Shown one piece after another: positions 9,565 to 17,790 of a DNA stretch of 43,978 nt. Source of the stretch: Hadesarchaea archaeon (GTDB taxonomy: Archaea > Hadarchaeota > Hadarchaeia > Hadarchaeales > WYZ-LMO6). The notes below the pieces were generated by a model. That model made no database searches. It saw nothing but the letters and a program-made list of their open reading frames with translations, and was not told the DNA's origin. Where the stretch lies: NCBI GenBank assembly GCA_029259185.1, contig JAPDJF010000026.1, forward strand, positions 1 to 43,978, read 5' to 3'. The first letter of the stretch is position 1. Each line of letters begins with the position of its first letter. The position numbers and the translations under genes are program-made.

Positions 9565-10303
9565 CCCTTCGTCTCCTCACCTTTATCTCAATTTCCTCCC
9601 CCGATGCCCCCCTCAGGGCGGTGAGCATGCCTGCGATCGTCCCCGAGATGAACCTCTGAACGAAAGGATTCAGGGGCAACTCCCTCCCGTTCACCCTGAG
9701 CTTCACCCATCCCTCGAGGGCAGGACATTCCCTCCTACTGGTTCTCCCGGAGACAGCGGCTAAGATGAATTCCTTGCAAGTTTCATATCCACACGCACCA
9801 CAGTTCAACCCCCCAACCGGACTCGTTGCCCTCTCCTCGACGAAGTCCGCTAGCCCCTTGATGTCCTCCCTCTGGAAAACGGGTTTTCCACCATGTCCCT
9901 CACCCACGAAACCCGCGGTGAACTCGTCATCAAGCTCTGACGCCTCCCTCTCATCTCTAGCCACCATCACTTTCACCACGTTTTCGATGCGCTTGAACCC
10001 TTCTAAAACGATGAAATCCAGCTCACGCATCGAGAGGAGCAAGCGGTACAGATCCGCCCCCCTCTTGTCCACGACCGCGACCTCCCCTGGACTGAGGGCA
10101 ACCACGACTTCGCTTCCAGCTCGAGCGTGCCTCCAAGTGTCCGTACCCGGCACATCGATTGTAAAATTGGGATGGGGAATGTGTTTCACCGTCCCAACAC
10201 GATGCCCTCGTTTCACGAGCTCTTCGATGAGTCTAACCGCCACTTCCGTTTTTCCGCTGTCCTTGTATCCTCCTACCCCTATCACCTTAAACGAGTTCCT
10301 CAC
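9545..10303 (-). CDS. mobB: Molybdopterin-guanine dinucleotide biosynthesis protein MobB with C-terminal Fe-S domain
   Basis: GYKDSGKT, VKH, D.PGTDT, EGFK and NCGACGYETC...CP. Confidence 0.9.
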   Translation of the reverse strand: MRNSFKVIGVGGYKDSGKTEVAVRLIEELVKRGHRVGTVKHIPHPNFTIDVPGTDTWRHARAGSEVVVALSPGEVAVVDKRGADLYRLLLSMRELDFIVLEGFKRIENVVKVMVARDEREASELDDEFTAGFVGEGHGGKPVFQREDIKGLADFVEERATSPVGGLNCGACGYETCKEFILAAVSGRTSRRECPALEGWVKLRVNGRELPLNPFVQRFISGTIAGMLTALRGASGEEIEIKVRRRRDGSGEG

Positions 10304-11522
10304 CTCCGAACGTAGTCACTTCGACCTCTTCCCCTTCCCTAACCATCTCGCGCTCGATTGGGATCCTGATGTAACCATCCGACACCACCAGCGAGGTGAT
10401 CGCGCTCGAGCCCATGCGCACGGGCTCCGCCACCAGCTCCCCATCCCTGAGAACCAACTTCACCGGAACTAGCTCTTCCCTCCCCCTCGCCGATCTCAAG
10501 CTCGTGGAGAGGCTGGCCCTCACGCTGATCGAAGGGGAAGCCGATGCACCGCTCATCGCTCTCAGGTATGGGGACACGACCTGATAAAACACCATGAGCG
10601 CGGAGAGAGGATATCCCGGCAGTCCGAATATCGGCTTTCCCTTCACGACTGCCACGAACGCCGGTTTCCCGGGCTTCATCGCCAAGCCGTGGAAGATCAA
10701 TCCGGGCTTTCCGAGCTTACCCACCACCCCCGGGACGAGATCCCTCCCCCCAGCGGAGGAGCCACCCGAAACGAGGACGGCATCGCAACTCGAAATCCCC
10801 TTTTTCAGAAGCTCTAGCGTACCTTTAGGTTCGTCAGGGGCCACCCCCAACCACTGGGGCTCACAACCGCATGAGCTAACGGCAGCGCACAGCATAGGAC
10901 CATTGACGTTGTAAACCTCCCCCGGCCTGAGCCTCTCCCCCGGATTCGCGAGTTCATCCCCGCTTGCTATCACCCCCACCCTCGGCTTGGCATAGACCCT
11001 CACCTTCCCCACCCCGATCGCCGCTAGGGTTCCCACCAGCCTAGGCGTGAGGATCTTCCCGGCACATCTTATAACCGCACCCTTTTTGAGTTCCGACCCC
11101 CTGAACAACACGTTCTCACCGGGGGGTACAGCACGCGTTACCCTCACGCGTCCACCCTCCTCCGAGGCGTATTCGCTCATCACCACCGCATCGGCTCCCT
11201 TGGGGATGGGTGCTCCTGTGCCTATCTCCACGCACTCGCCCCTCCCGACCGTCACCTCCGGCCACTCACCCGCGTTCACCCTTCCCGCGAGCCTGAGGAG
11301 GACAGGATTCCCCTCATCGGCACCGAAGGTGTCTTTAGCACGGAGGGCGTAACCGTCATAAGCCGCCCTGTCGAATGGGGGGAGATCCACCTTTGACACC
11401 ACATCCCTTGCCGCAATCATGCCTACCACCCCCCACACGTTTTTCTCAACCACCCTCGGTCTGGGTTTCCACCACTTCTCGATCCTCGCCCTAGCCTCGT
11501 GTACCCCGATTACGTACTTCAA
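10287..11522 (-). CDS. moeA: Molybdopterin molybdenum/tungsten transferase MoeA
   Basis: PPFDRAAYDGYA, TGAPIP.GADAVVM.E, SGDEL, SGGSSAG, KPGKP and LPGYP. Confidence 0.95.
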   Translation of the reverse strand: MKYVIGVHEARARIEKWWKPRPRVVEKNVWGVVGMIAARDVVSKVDLPPFDRAAYDGYALRAKDTFGADEGNPVLLRLAGRVNAGEWPEVTVGRGECVEIGTGAPIPKGADAVVMSEYASEEGGRVRVTRAVPPGENVLFRGSELKKGAVIRCAGKILTPRLVGTLAAIGVGKVRVYAKPRVGVIASGDELANPGERLRPGEVYNVNGPMLCAAVSSCGCEPQWLGVAPDEPKGTLELLKKGISSCDAVLVSGGSSAGGRDLVPGVVGKLGKPGLIFHGLAMKPGKPAFVAVVKGKPIFGLPGYPLSALMVFYQVVSPYLRAMSGASASPSISVRASLSTSLRSARGREELVPVKLVLRDGELVAEPVRMGSSAITSLVVSDGYIRIPIEREMVREGEEVEVTTFGGEELV

Positions 11523-11526
11523 CCTT

Positions 11527-12198
11527 TCACCTTCTGAACCTCACCTTCTGGACGAGTAGCTTCCAGAATATCTTTATCCCGCTGAGGATCGTGGTCCCCT
11601 TGCCCTTCGAGTATTCATTATAGTAGCATTTCACCGGAACCGTTTTTATCCTCAGGCCGAGCTTCGAAGCCTGGATTATTATCTCGGAGGAGACCTCGTA
11701 CCGATCGCTCTTTATATCTACCCTCTCAAGTGCCCTCTTCGAGAACCCCCGGTTACCCGACTGGGAGTCCGTGAATAACCCACTAAAGATAAACGTTATG
11801 AAATCGAGCACGAAGTTCCCAAAACGCTTGTGCAAAGGGATGTTGACATTTCGTCTCACGCCTATCACGAGATCCGCCATGTCGAGGCTCGAGACGATCT
11901 CCGCTACGGATTTTGAGTCGTGCTGTCCATCCGCGTCGAAGGTCACAACTCGGCGGGCACCGAGTTCCTTCGCCTTCTCCAACCCCGTCCTCAGGGCCGC
12001 ACCCAAACCTGAGTTCTTCAAATGGCTCACCACCAAGGCTCCCTTGGAGCGGGCTATCCGTGCGGTGGCGTCGGTCGAGCCATCATCCACCACTATGAGG
12101 TTTTTCCATCCTTCCTTTTTCAGATCATCAAGTACCCTCCCTATGGAGTGCTCTTCGTTATACGCGGGTATGATCACCCAGACATCTCCCCCTTTCAT
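11527..12198 (-). CDS. Family 2 glycosyltransferase (DPM1-like)
   Basis: IIPAYNE, VVDDGSTD, DADGQH and DSQSG motifs. Confidence 0.9.
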   Translation of the reverse strand: MKGGDVWVIIPAYNEEHSIGRVLDDLKKEGWKNLIVVDDGSTDATARIARSKGALVVSHLKNSGLGAALRTGLEKAKELGARRVVTFDADGQHDSKSVAEIVSSLDMADLVIGVRRNVNIPLHKRFGNFVLDFITFIFSGLFTDSQSGNRGFSKRALERVDIKSDRYEVSSEIIIQASKLGLRIKTVPVKCYYNEYSKGKGTTILSGIKIFWKLLVQKVRFRR

Positions 12199-12362
12199 CG
12201 GTGAAAATTAGCCGGTGGGATTCAAAATCTTTGGGTGGGGCCGGAACCTGCCGTTAGTCCTCACCCCTTGAGTTGAATAATCAAGTTCCCGATAATATGA
12301 ACTCCGTTTCAAGATCCGTGACAGCGATTGGTCAATCATGCACCCACGTCCGCCCGGTCGCA

Positions 12363-12452
12363 CTCGTTTATCTCCTCGAACTCGTAGTCCGCGATTCCAG
12401 TCCAGCATTGCCAGAACTCCCTCCTACCCGAGCGACGAGAGTAACCGATCAA
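12363..12452. repeat. 90-bp direct-repeat copy of an internal cas6 segment (partner at 14072-14161)
   Basis: ctcgtttatctcctcgaactcgtagtccgcgat(t/c)ccagtccagcattgccagaactccctcctacccgagcgacgagagtaaccgatcaa occurs twice, with one mismatch. Confidence 0.95.
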
Positions 12453-12463
12453 GCTGGGACTAC

Positions 12464-12500
12464 GTTTCAATAGCAAGCCTCAAAAAGTGAGGATTGAAAG
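12464..12500 (+). CRISPR. Solitary CRISPR-like direct repeat (37 bp), no array
   Basis: GTTTCAATAGCAAGCCTCAAAAAGTGAGGATTGAAAG has a GTTTCA 5' end, a CCTCA/TGAGG hairpin and the canonical ATTGAAAG 3' handle. It lies 11 bp from a cas6 fragment. Confidence 0.7.
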
Positions 12501-12622
12501 GTGGTCAGCAGAGGTCGGTCTTCTTCAGATTTTCAACGGACTCCAATAATTTTTATAGCATCCATCCGCATCCCAACAGCTTCATGGTTCCCGTAATAGC
12601 TAAGATAGTTCACTAAACCTTC

Positions 12623-12892
12623 CTAGAACTTTCTGATCATTTTCCTGAGTTCTTCCGCCCTAGAAGGCGGTATGAGCTTCCGCTTTTCCAAATCCTCAAT
12701 GCATTTTTCAGCGTACTTACACCAGACGATGCACGAAGCGGATGCCTCCAAATGCAGAGTCCTCCCACACTTCGGACATTTGGTTTCAGTCTCGTAGTCG
12801 AAGAACTCCACTTCCTCCCCACATGCGGGACATGTTCTCGTTACTATTTTGGGTTCAATTAACCTCTTGGCACCGGGGCATCTATCTATCAT
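12623..12892 (-). CDS. Small Cys-rich double zinc-ribbon protein, 89 aa
   Basis: MIDRCPG...CPACGEEVEFF...CPKCG...SCIVWCKYAEKC, with 8 Cys. Confidence 0.75.
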   Translation of the reverse strand: MIDRCPGAKRLIEPKIVTRTCPACGEEVEFFDYETETKCPKCGRTLHLEASASCIVWCKYAEKCIEDLEKRKLIPPSRAEELRKMIRKF

Positions 12893-13065
12893 CGTCTCGT
12901 GAACTACTCCTAGCTTTCGCAGGGGATCTTCTTCCCTGCTCCGCCCAATAAGGAACAAACGTCAAAGATAATATACGTTCCGTCCCTCATCCCCCCTTTC
13001 GGAAGGAGACTTCTCAGCGTAAAGTAAAAGGTTATTATCACGAAAACCGAAATGCCGGTGGGGAG

Positions 13066-13473
13066 ATGAGGGATAGAAAAGAGGTGATCAAGAAAATCGC
13101 AGACACTTTGTCGGAGTTCGAAGAGGTGGAATTGGGCTATGTGTTTGGCTCATTTTACGAAGGGGGGGAATTCAGAGACATCGATGTCGCGATACTGGTG
13201 TCTGGCTTCCCTCCTGCGTACGACTCCGCTGTGCTCGCCAACAAGATCGCCGGAGAACTCGAGAAGGTGCTTGGTCATGAATTCGAATTCGACGTGAAAG
13301 TCCTCAACTCCTCCCCGATTTACTTTCAGTACGAGGTCATAAGGAAAGGTAAACCGGTTTTCTGCCGTGATGAGTCCAACCGTGTCAGGTACGAGAGCAC
13401 TGTTCTATCCGAGTACTTGGACTACCGGGAGGTTCTGGACTGGTTCGACGAAAAATTGCTCGCGAAGGTTTGA
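13066..13473 (+). CDS. Minimal nucleotidyltransferase (MNT) antitoxin, MntA-like
   Basis: YVFGS...RDIDVAIL, DVKVLN.SP..FQYEVI..G. Confidence 0.9.
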   Translation: MRDRKEVIKKIADTLSEFEEVELGYVFGSFYEGGEFRDIDVAILVSGFPPAYDSAVLANKIAGELEKVLGHEFEFDVKVLNSSPIYFQYEVIRKGKPVFCRDESNRVRYESTVLSEYLDYREVLDWFDEKLLAKV

Positions 13474-13474
13474 G

Positions 13475-13897
13475 ATGTTCGACAAGCGGGGAATCGTGGA
13501 TCACCTGAGGGAACTCGGGCGGGCAACGGAGGACTGGAGGAGGTACCAGAACATCTCGCTCGATGAGTTGCGGCGGGACAGGGACAAACAAAATATGGTC
13601 CTGCACGCCCTTCTGGTCAGCATCCAAGCGGCGATAGACATTGCAAATCACCTGATCGCGGAGCGGAGTTTGAAGAGGCCATCCACTTATAGAGAAAGTT
13701 TTCTGATCTTGTCTGAGGAAGGGGTTATCCCATCCGATCTCGCCAGCGAAATGTCCGAGCTGGCTGGCTTCAGGAACGTGTTGGTTCACCTTTACTGGGG
13801 GCTCGACCTCGAAGCGGTTCACGGCATGCTGAAGGCGAAGTTGAGCGTCGTGAAGGAATTTGAGAGAGTAGTGAAAAAGTTGGTGTCCGGAAAATAG
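13475..13897 (+). CDS. HEPN/DUF86 ribonuclease toxin, HepT-like
   Basis: GFRNVLVHLY matches the R-x4-H-x-Y motif; IQAAIDIANHLI; starts 1 bp after the MNT gene. Confidence 0.9.
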   Translation: MFDKRGIVDHLRELGRATEDWRRYQNISLDELRRDRDKQNMVLHALLVSIQAAIDIANHLIAERSLKRPSTYRESFLILSEEGVIPSDLASEMSELAGFRNVLVHLYWGLDLEAVHGMLKAKLSVVKEFERVVKKLVSGK

Positions 13898-13978
13898 AAT
13901 CCCGCCAAAGAACTTCCGAAACTGGCTTGGGCCGCCGGATCAAGATCTTCTCCAGCCCGAAAATAAGAAGACGAGAGC

Positions 13979-14391
13979 TTAGCTCGGCCCCACGTCGAAG
14001 AATCCCAGTCCGAAGGAGGACTTCGCCCCAGCACCGAGCACTTTTCCTACGCCTAGCAACCACTGCCCGACCTCGTTTATCTCCTCGAACTCGTAGTCCG
14101 CGATCCCAGTCCAGCATTGCCAGAACTCCCTCCTACCCGAGCGACGAGAGTAACCGATCAAACGGTGGTGGTGCCGTGCGACTGGGTTGACCCTCCCCTT
14201 GACCTCGGGCTCGGGAACCCTGCTTCCGTCACCATACTCGTTGACGAGCAGGACCAAGCGCTGCCTTATGAGCCTCAACAGGTGTTCGGGAGATGGGGGG
14301 AAATCCTTTGGGAGCTCCATGGGTGTGCGGAAGCCCACGCGCAGGCGGGTCTGCTTGAGGGTGGAAGTTCTTGAACATCAATGACCTTCAT
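13979..14391 (-). pseudogene. cas6: CRISPR endoribonuclease Cas6, C-terminal half only
   Basis: RVGFRTPMEL (the F.TP strand of the second RRM) and the terminal Gly-rich loop LGAGAKSSFGLG. The N-terminal RRM is missing and there is a probable frameshift near 14365. Confidence 0.8.
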
Positions 14392-14407
14392 ATTCCGAGG
14401 GTAGATC

Positions 14408-14655
14408 GTGCTGGAGGTGCCCCTCACTCCGGTCTCGTCGTCCTCCGTGTTCGGCAGGTATTTCGTTCGGTACCCGCGCCGTAGGGGCCCTGTACTCGAC
14501 GAACAACTGGAGCTTCGGAAAGGCCACCGGTTTAGCCTGCGACGCATGGCCTTGCCGTTCCTCGACTTGCGATTGGAGCGCATTGACTGGCGGATGCCCG
14601 CCAGGTTCTCGAACACTAGCTCGACCCGTTCGCGTTCAAGGTATTGTCTGGTATA
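14408..14655 (-). pseudogene. tnpB: TnpB/Cas12f-like RNA-guided nuclease fragment (RuvC-II region)
   Basis: The sequence reconstructs as ELVFENLAGIRQ...RRRLNRWPFR/KLQLFVEYRA/LRRGYRTKYL...RGTSST across two compensating frameshifts at about 14516 and 14485. Confidence 0.75.
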
Positions 14656-14857
14656 ACTTGTATTGTTTTAGGGTAGCAGCACCCCAAATAACTGTTTATA
14701 AAAAAGCCTCACTCAAGAGCCTCAAGGACGAAGGGCCCAGTCTTAACAGCAAATTTGAATAGGACTGGTACCAGCATTAGATCAGAGAAGACGGCCATCT
14801 TTACCGATCGGCTAACCCTGACTAAAGATATATGGTACCTTTCCAAGAACTTTTTAG

Positions 14858-15268
14858 ATGAAAACTTGGTATTCCGAAATCACTTTCTCGACGAAAAAGC
14901 GAAGGGAAGTCGTGGACCTAACCGATGAGGTACTTGCCGAAGTTAGGAAATCCGGAATAAAGAATGGTCTGCTTGTGGTTCAGCTCCCCCACGCTACGTC
15001 CGCTTTAGTCCTAAATGAGGGGGAAAGAGGTGTTATGCACGACTTACTCCAGAAGCTTGAAGATTTAATCCCCACGAGGGAAGGATATGAGCATGATCGG
15101 ATCGATGACAACGCACACGCCCATCTCAAATCCGCTATCGTTGGGTCCTCACGAGTTTTGCCCGTGGTCGGGGGAAGGGTTATCAGGGGAACCTGGCAAA
15201 ACTTCCTCGTAATCGAGGAAGATGGCCCCCGGACGAGGAGGCTCGCGGTATTCGTGATGGGTGAGTGA
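14858..15268 (+). CDS. yjbQ: YjbQ/UPF0047 family protein (secondary thiamine-phosphate synthase-like)
   Basis: HATSALVLNE, HDRIDDNAHAHLKS, GTWQ and EEDGPR. Confidence 0.9.
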   Translation: MKTWYSEITFSTKKRREVVDLTDEVLAEVRKSGIKNGLLVVQLPHATSALVLNEGERGVMHDLLQKLEDLIPTREGYEHDRIDDNAHAHLKSAIVGSSRVLPVVGGRVIRGTWQNFLVIEEDGPRTRRLAVFVMGE

Positions 15269-15790
15269 GTGACCACGTACCTCGATATCGAAACCACATC
15301 CAAGAAAGCTGACGAGGGAATGATAGTCGCGATGGGAGTCCTCAAGGGGGATACTCCCCAAGTGAGGTTCGCCAAAACTCCCGAGGGGGAGAGGGCCGTG
15401 CTGGAGTGGCTGACCCAGGAGCTAGGGGACTGCGACCTCTTGGTCACGTGGTACGGCTCGGGCTTCGATATCCCCTTCATCCTCGCTAGGGCTGTTCTTC
15501 TAGGGGTAGATATGGAGAGGATCTTTACCGTTCCCTCCCTCGACCTCTACGTGTGGTGCAAGCGTCACCTCCTCCTATCCAGCTATAAGTTGGAGTCCGT
15601 GGCCAAATTCCTCGGGATGTCCAGGAGAGTCGATTTTCAGGGGGGAGATGTATCGACCCTCTTCAAGCTCACTATCCAAGGGGATGAGAACGCGAAGAAC
15701 CTCATAATCGAACACTGCAAGGAAGACCTAGAACTCCTGAGGTACGTGCACGAAAGAATGAAGTCGTGCGGATCGAGCGAGCTGGGGTAA
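15269..15790 (+). CDS. YprB-like RNase H-fold 3'-5' exonuclease
   Basis: YLDIETT, VTWYGSGFDIPF, YKLESVA and HCKEDL (DEDD-type motifs). Confidence 0.8.
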   Translation: MTTYLDIETTSKKADEGMIVAMGVLKGDTPQVRFAKTPEGERAVLEWLTQELGDCDLLVTWYGSGFDIPFILARAVLLGVDMERIFTVPSLDLYVWCKRHLLLSSYKLESVAKFLGMSRRVDFQGGDVSTLFKLTIQGDENAKNLIIEHCKEDLELLRYVHERMKSCGSSELG

Positions 15791-15799
15791 ACCGGTATC

Positions 15800-16417
15800 A
15801 TGGGGAACGGAACTCCTCCGAATCGGGTTGAACTCCTCCGGAAGCTCGAGGCCGAGGCCCTGAACTGCAGGCGCTGTGGACTTCACCTAGGGAGGAAAAA
15901 AGTAGTTTTCGGCTCCGGGTCTCCGAACCCGAAGTTGGTCATGGTGGGTGAGGCCCCAGGTGTCAACGAGGACCTGCAGGGACTCCCATTCGTCGGAGCG
16001 GCGGGCAAGTTCTTGGATTCGCTCCTAGAGTCGATAGGTCTGCACAGGAGTGAAGTGTACATCACCAACACCATCAAGTGCCGACCTCCTGGTAACCGAA
16101 CCCCTTCACCTGAGGAGATCGAGGCCTGCCGTCCCTTCCTAGAGAAACAGATGAAAATCCTCATGCCTAAACTCGTAGTGGCCCTGGGGAGAACCGCTGC
16201 GACCACCCTCTTGGGGAAGGGGGTGAACATCACCTCAGAGCACGGTAGATTCATTGGGTGCAAGTTCGGAGGAACCTCGTTCAGACTCTTCCTGACCTAT
16301 CATCCCGCAGCCGCGCTCTACAGCGCGAGAAACAGATCCAAACTTCAAGAGGACTTCTCGAAACTCGGGGAGATCGTTAGGACTTCGTCCCTTGAGAGAG
16401 ACCCTCCTCAACCATAG
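15800..16417 (+). CDS. udg: Family 4 uracil-DNA glycosylase (4Fe-4S)
   Basis: CRRC, GEAPG, PFVGAAG, KCRPPGNRTP...C and YHPAA. Confidence 0.93.
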   Translation: MGNGTPPNRVELLRKLEAEALNCRRCGLHLGRKKVVFGSGSPNPKLVMVGEAPGVNEDLQGLPFVGAAGKFLDSLLESIGLHRSEVYITNTIKCRPPGNRTPSPEEIEACRPFLEKQMKILMPKLVVALGRTAATTLLGKGVNITSEHGRFIGCKFGGTSFRLFLTYHPAAALYSARNRSKLQEDFSKLGEIVRTSSLERDPPQP

Positions 16418-16434
16418 CTCCGGTGGGATTAAAC

Positions 16435-17790
16435 GTGGCGAATCCAAGTTTGATGATGTTTGGATACACCGGTAGACTCAGGGAGGTGCTGGAGAGGATC
16501 TCCGCGAAAGTCGGGGACACCCTCAGGGTGGAGAAAGGAGACACCGTGTACGAAGGGACATTGATGCCTCGGACCGAACTCGGAGATCCGAACTGTGTGG
16601 TTCTCAAGCTCCCGAACGGGTACAACGTTGGGGTGAGGATCGGTGAGGACACGAAAATCTCCAAGCTCTCTTCGGGGAAGTTCCGAAGACCAAAACCTCC
16701 ACCGCTACTGGCGAAGCCAGATCCCTCGAAGCCGCTGGTGACGATCGTGGGAACCGGGGGAACTATAGCCTCGAGAGTAGACTACCGCACCGGTGGGGTA
16801 TACCCCGCATTCACCCCGGAGGAGATCTACGCCTCAGTGCCGGAGATAGCTGAGGTGGCGAACGTTAAGCTCGTGGAGGCATGTAACGTTTTCAGCGAAC
16901 ATATGACCCCAGATCTCTGGATCCGGATAGCCCGAACGGTGGTCGAAGAGCTGAACTCGGACGCGAGGGGTGTGGTAATCGCCCACGGGACGGACACGAT
17001 GGCATACACTGCCGCAGCCCTGAGTTTCATGCTCCGCGGGCTCCACAAGCCGGTGGTTCTCGTGGGATCTCAGAGATCCTCGGATCGACCGAGCAGCGAT
17101 GCTCCCATGAACCTCCTCAGCGCGGTCGCCGTTGCGGCGAGGTCACAAATAGCGGAGGTGTGTGTGGTCATGCACGGATCGGTGAGCGACGATTTCTGCC
17201 TGATCCACCGTGGAACGAAAGTCAGGAAGTGCCACACGAGTCGCAGGGACGCTTTCCAGACCATCAACGATCTCCCTCTCGGCATCGTGAGGGATAGGAG
17301 GGTGGAGATGCTCACCCAAGACTACAGGAGGATGAACCCCAAGGGGAGGGTGGAACTGGACGACCGCATTGAACCTAGGGTGGCCCTAGTCAAAGTCACT
17401 CCAGGGATGAGTGGGGATCAAGTTTTGGCCCTCCTAGAACTCGGGTACAGAGGGATCGTCGTGGAGGGGACCGGGCTGGGGCACGCTCCGGAGAGCCTCT
17501 TTGGAGCCATAAAGAAAGCGGGTGAGAAGGGTGTCCCAGTGGTGATGACCTCCCAGTGTCTCTGGGGAAGAATCGATATGAAGGTATACTCCACCGGAAG
17601 AGACCTGCTGGGGATGGGGGTGATCCCCGGTGAGGACATGCTCCCAGAGGTGGCTTACGTCAAGCTCATGTGGGTACTGGGCCACGTAAGGAAACCCGAC
17701 GAGGTCAAGGCGCTGATGCTCAAGAACGTGGCGGGGGAGATCTCCTCTAGGACGGACCTGCGAACGAAGCCACCCTCCAACCCGATCTAG
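16435..17790 (+). CDS. gatD: Glu-tRNA(Gln) amidotransferase subunit D
   Basis: N-terminal KL.NGYNVG domain, TGGTIASRVDY, HGTDT and GSQRSSDRPSSD. Start approximate. Confidence 0.95.
   Translation: MANPSLMMFGYTGRLREVLERISAKVGDTLRVEKGDTVYEGTLMPRTELGDPNCVVLKLPNGYNVGVRIGEDTKISKLSSGKFRRPKPPPLLAKPDPSKPLVTIVGTGGTIASRVDYRTGGVYPAFTPEEIYASVPEIAEVANVKLVEACNVFSEHMTPDLWIRIARTVVEELNSDARGVVIAHGTDTMAYTAAALSFMLRGLHKPVVLVGSQRSSDRPSSDAPMNLLSAVAVAARSQIAEVCVVMHGSVSDDFCLIHRGTKVRKCHTSRRDAFQTINDLPLGIVRDRRVEMLTQDYRRMNPKGRVELDDRIEPRVALVKVTPGMSGDQVLALLELGYRGIVVEGTGLGHAPESLFGAIKKAGEKGVPVVMTSQCLWGRIDMKVYSTGRDLLGMGVIPGEDMLPEVAYVKLMWVLGHVRKPDEVKALMLKNVAGEISSRTDLRTKPPSNPI

Noticed and set aside
12211-12226. tRNA 3'-end-like fragment (GCCGGTGGGATTCAAA) as a possible att site at the island border
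   Set aside because: Only about 15 bp, the T-loop is imperfect, and there is no partner site or integrase in the window.
12272-12312. Possible degenerate repeat upstream of the solitary CRISPR repeat
   Set aside because: Only scattered matches (GTT..AATA..CAAG), with no conserved 3' handle and no array-like spacing.
14275-14616. 113-aa ORF as a genuine novel protein
   Set aside because: It is a chimera of TnpB fragments, an out-of-frame segment and cas6-adjacent sequence.
14694-14725. Possible second degenerate CRISPR repeat (GTTTATAAAAAAGCCTCACTCAAGAG)
   Set aside because: It shares only GTTT and AAGCCTCA with the 37-bp repeat and lacks the hairpin partner and ATTGAAAG, so it is too weak to call.
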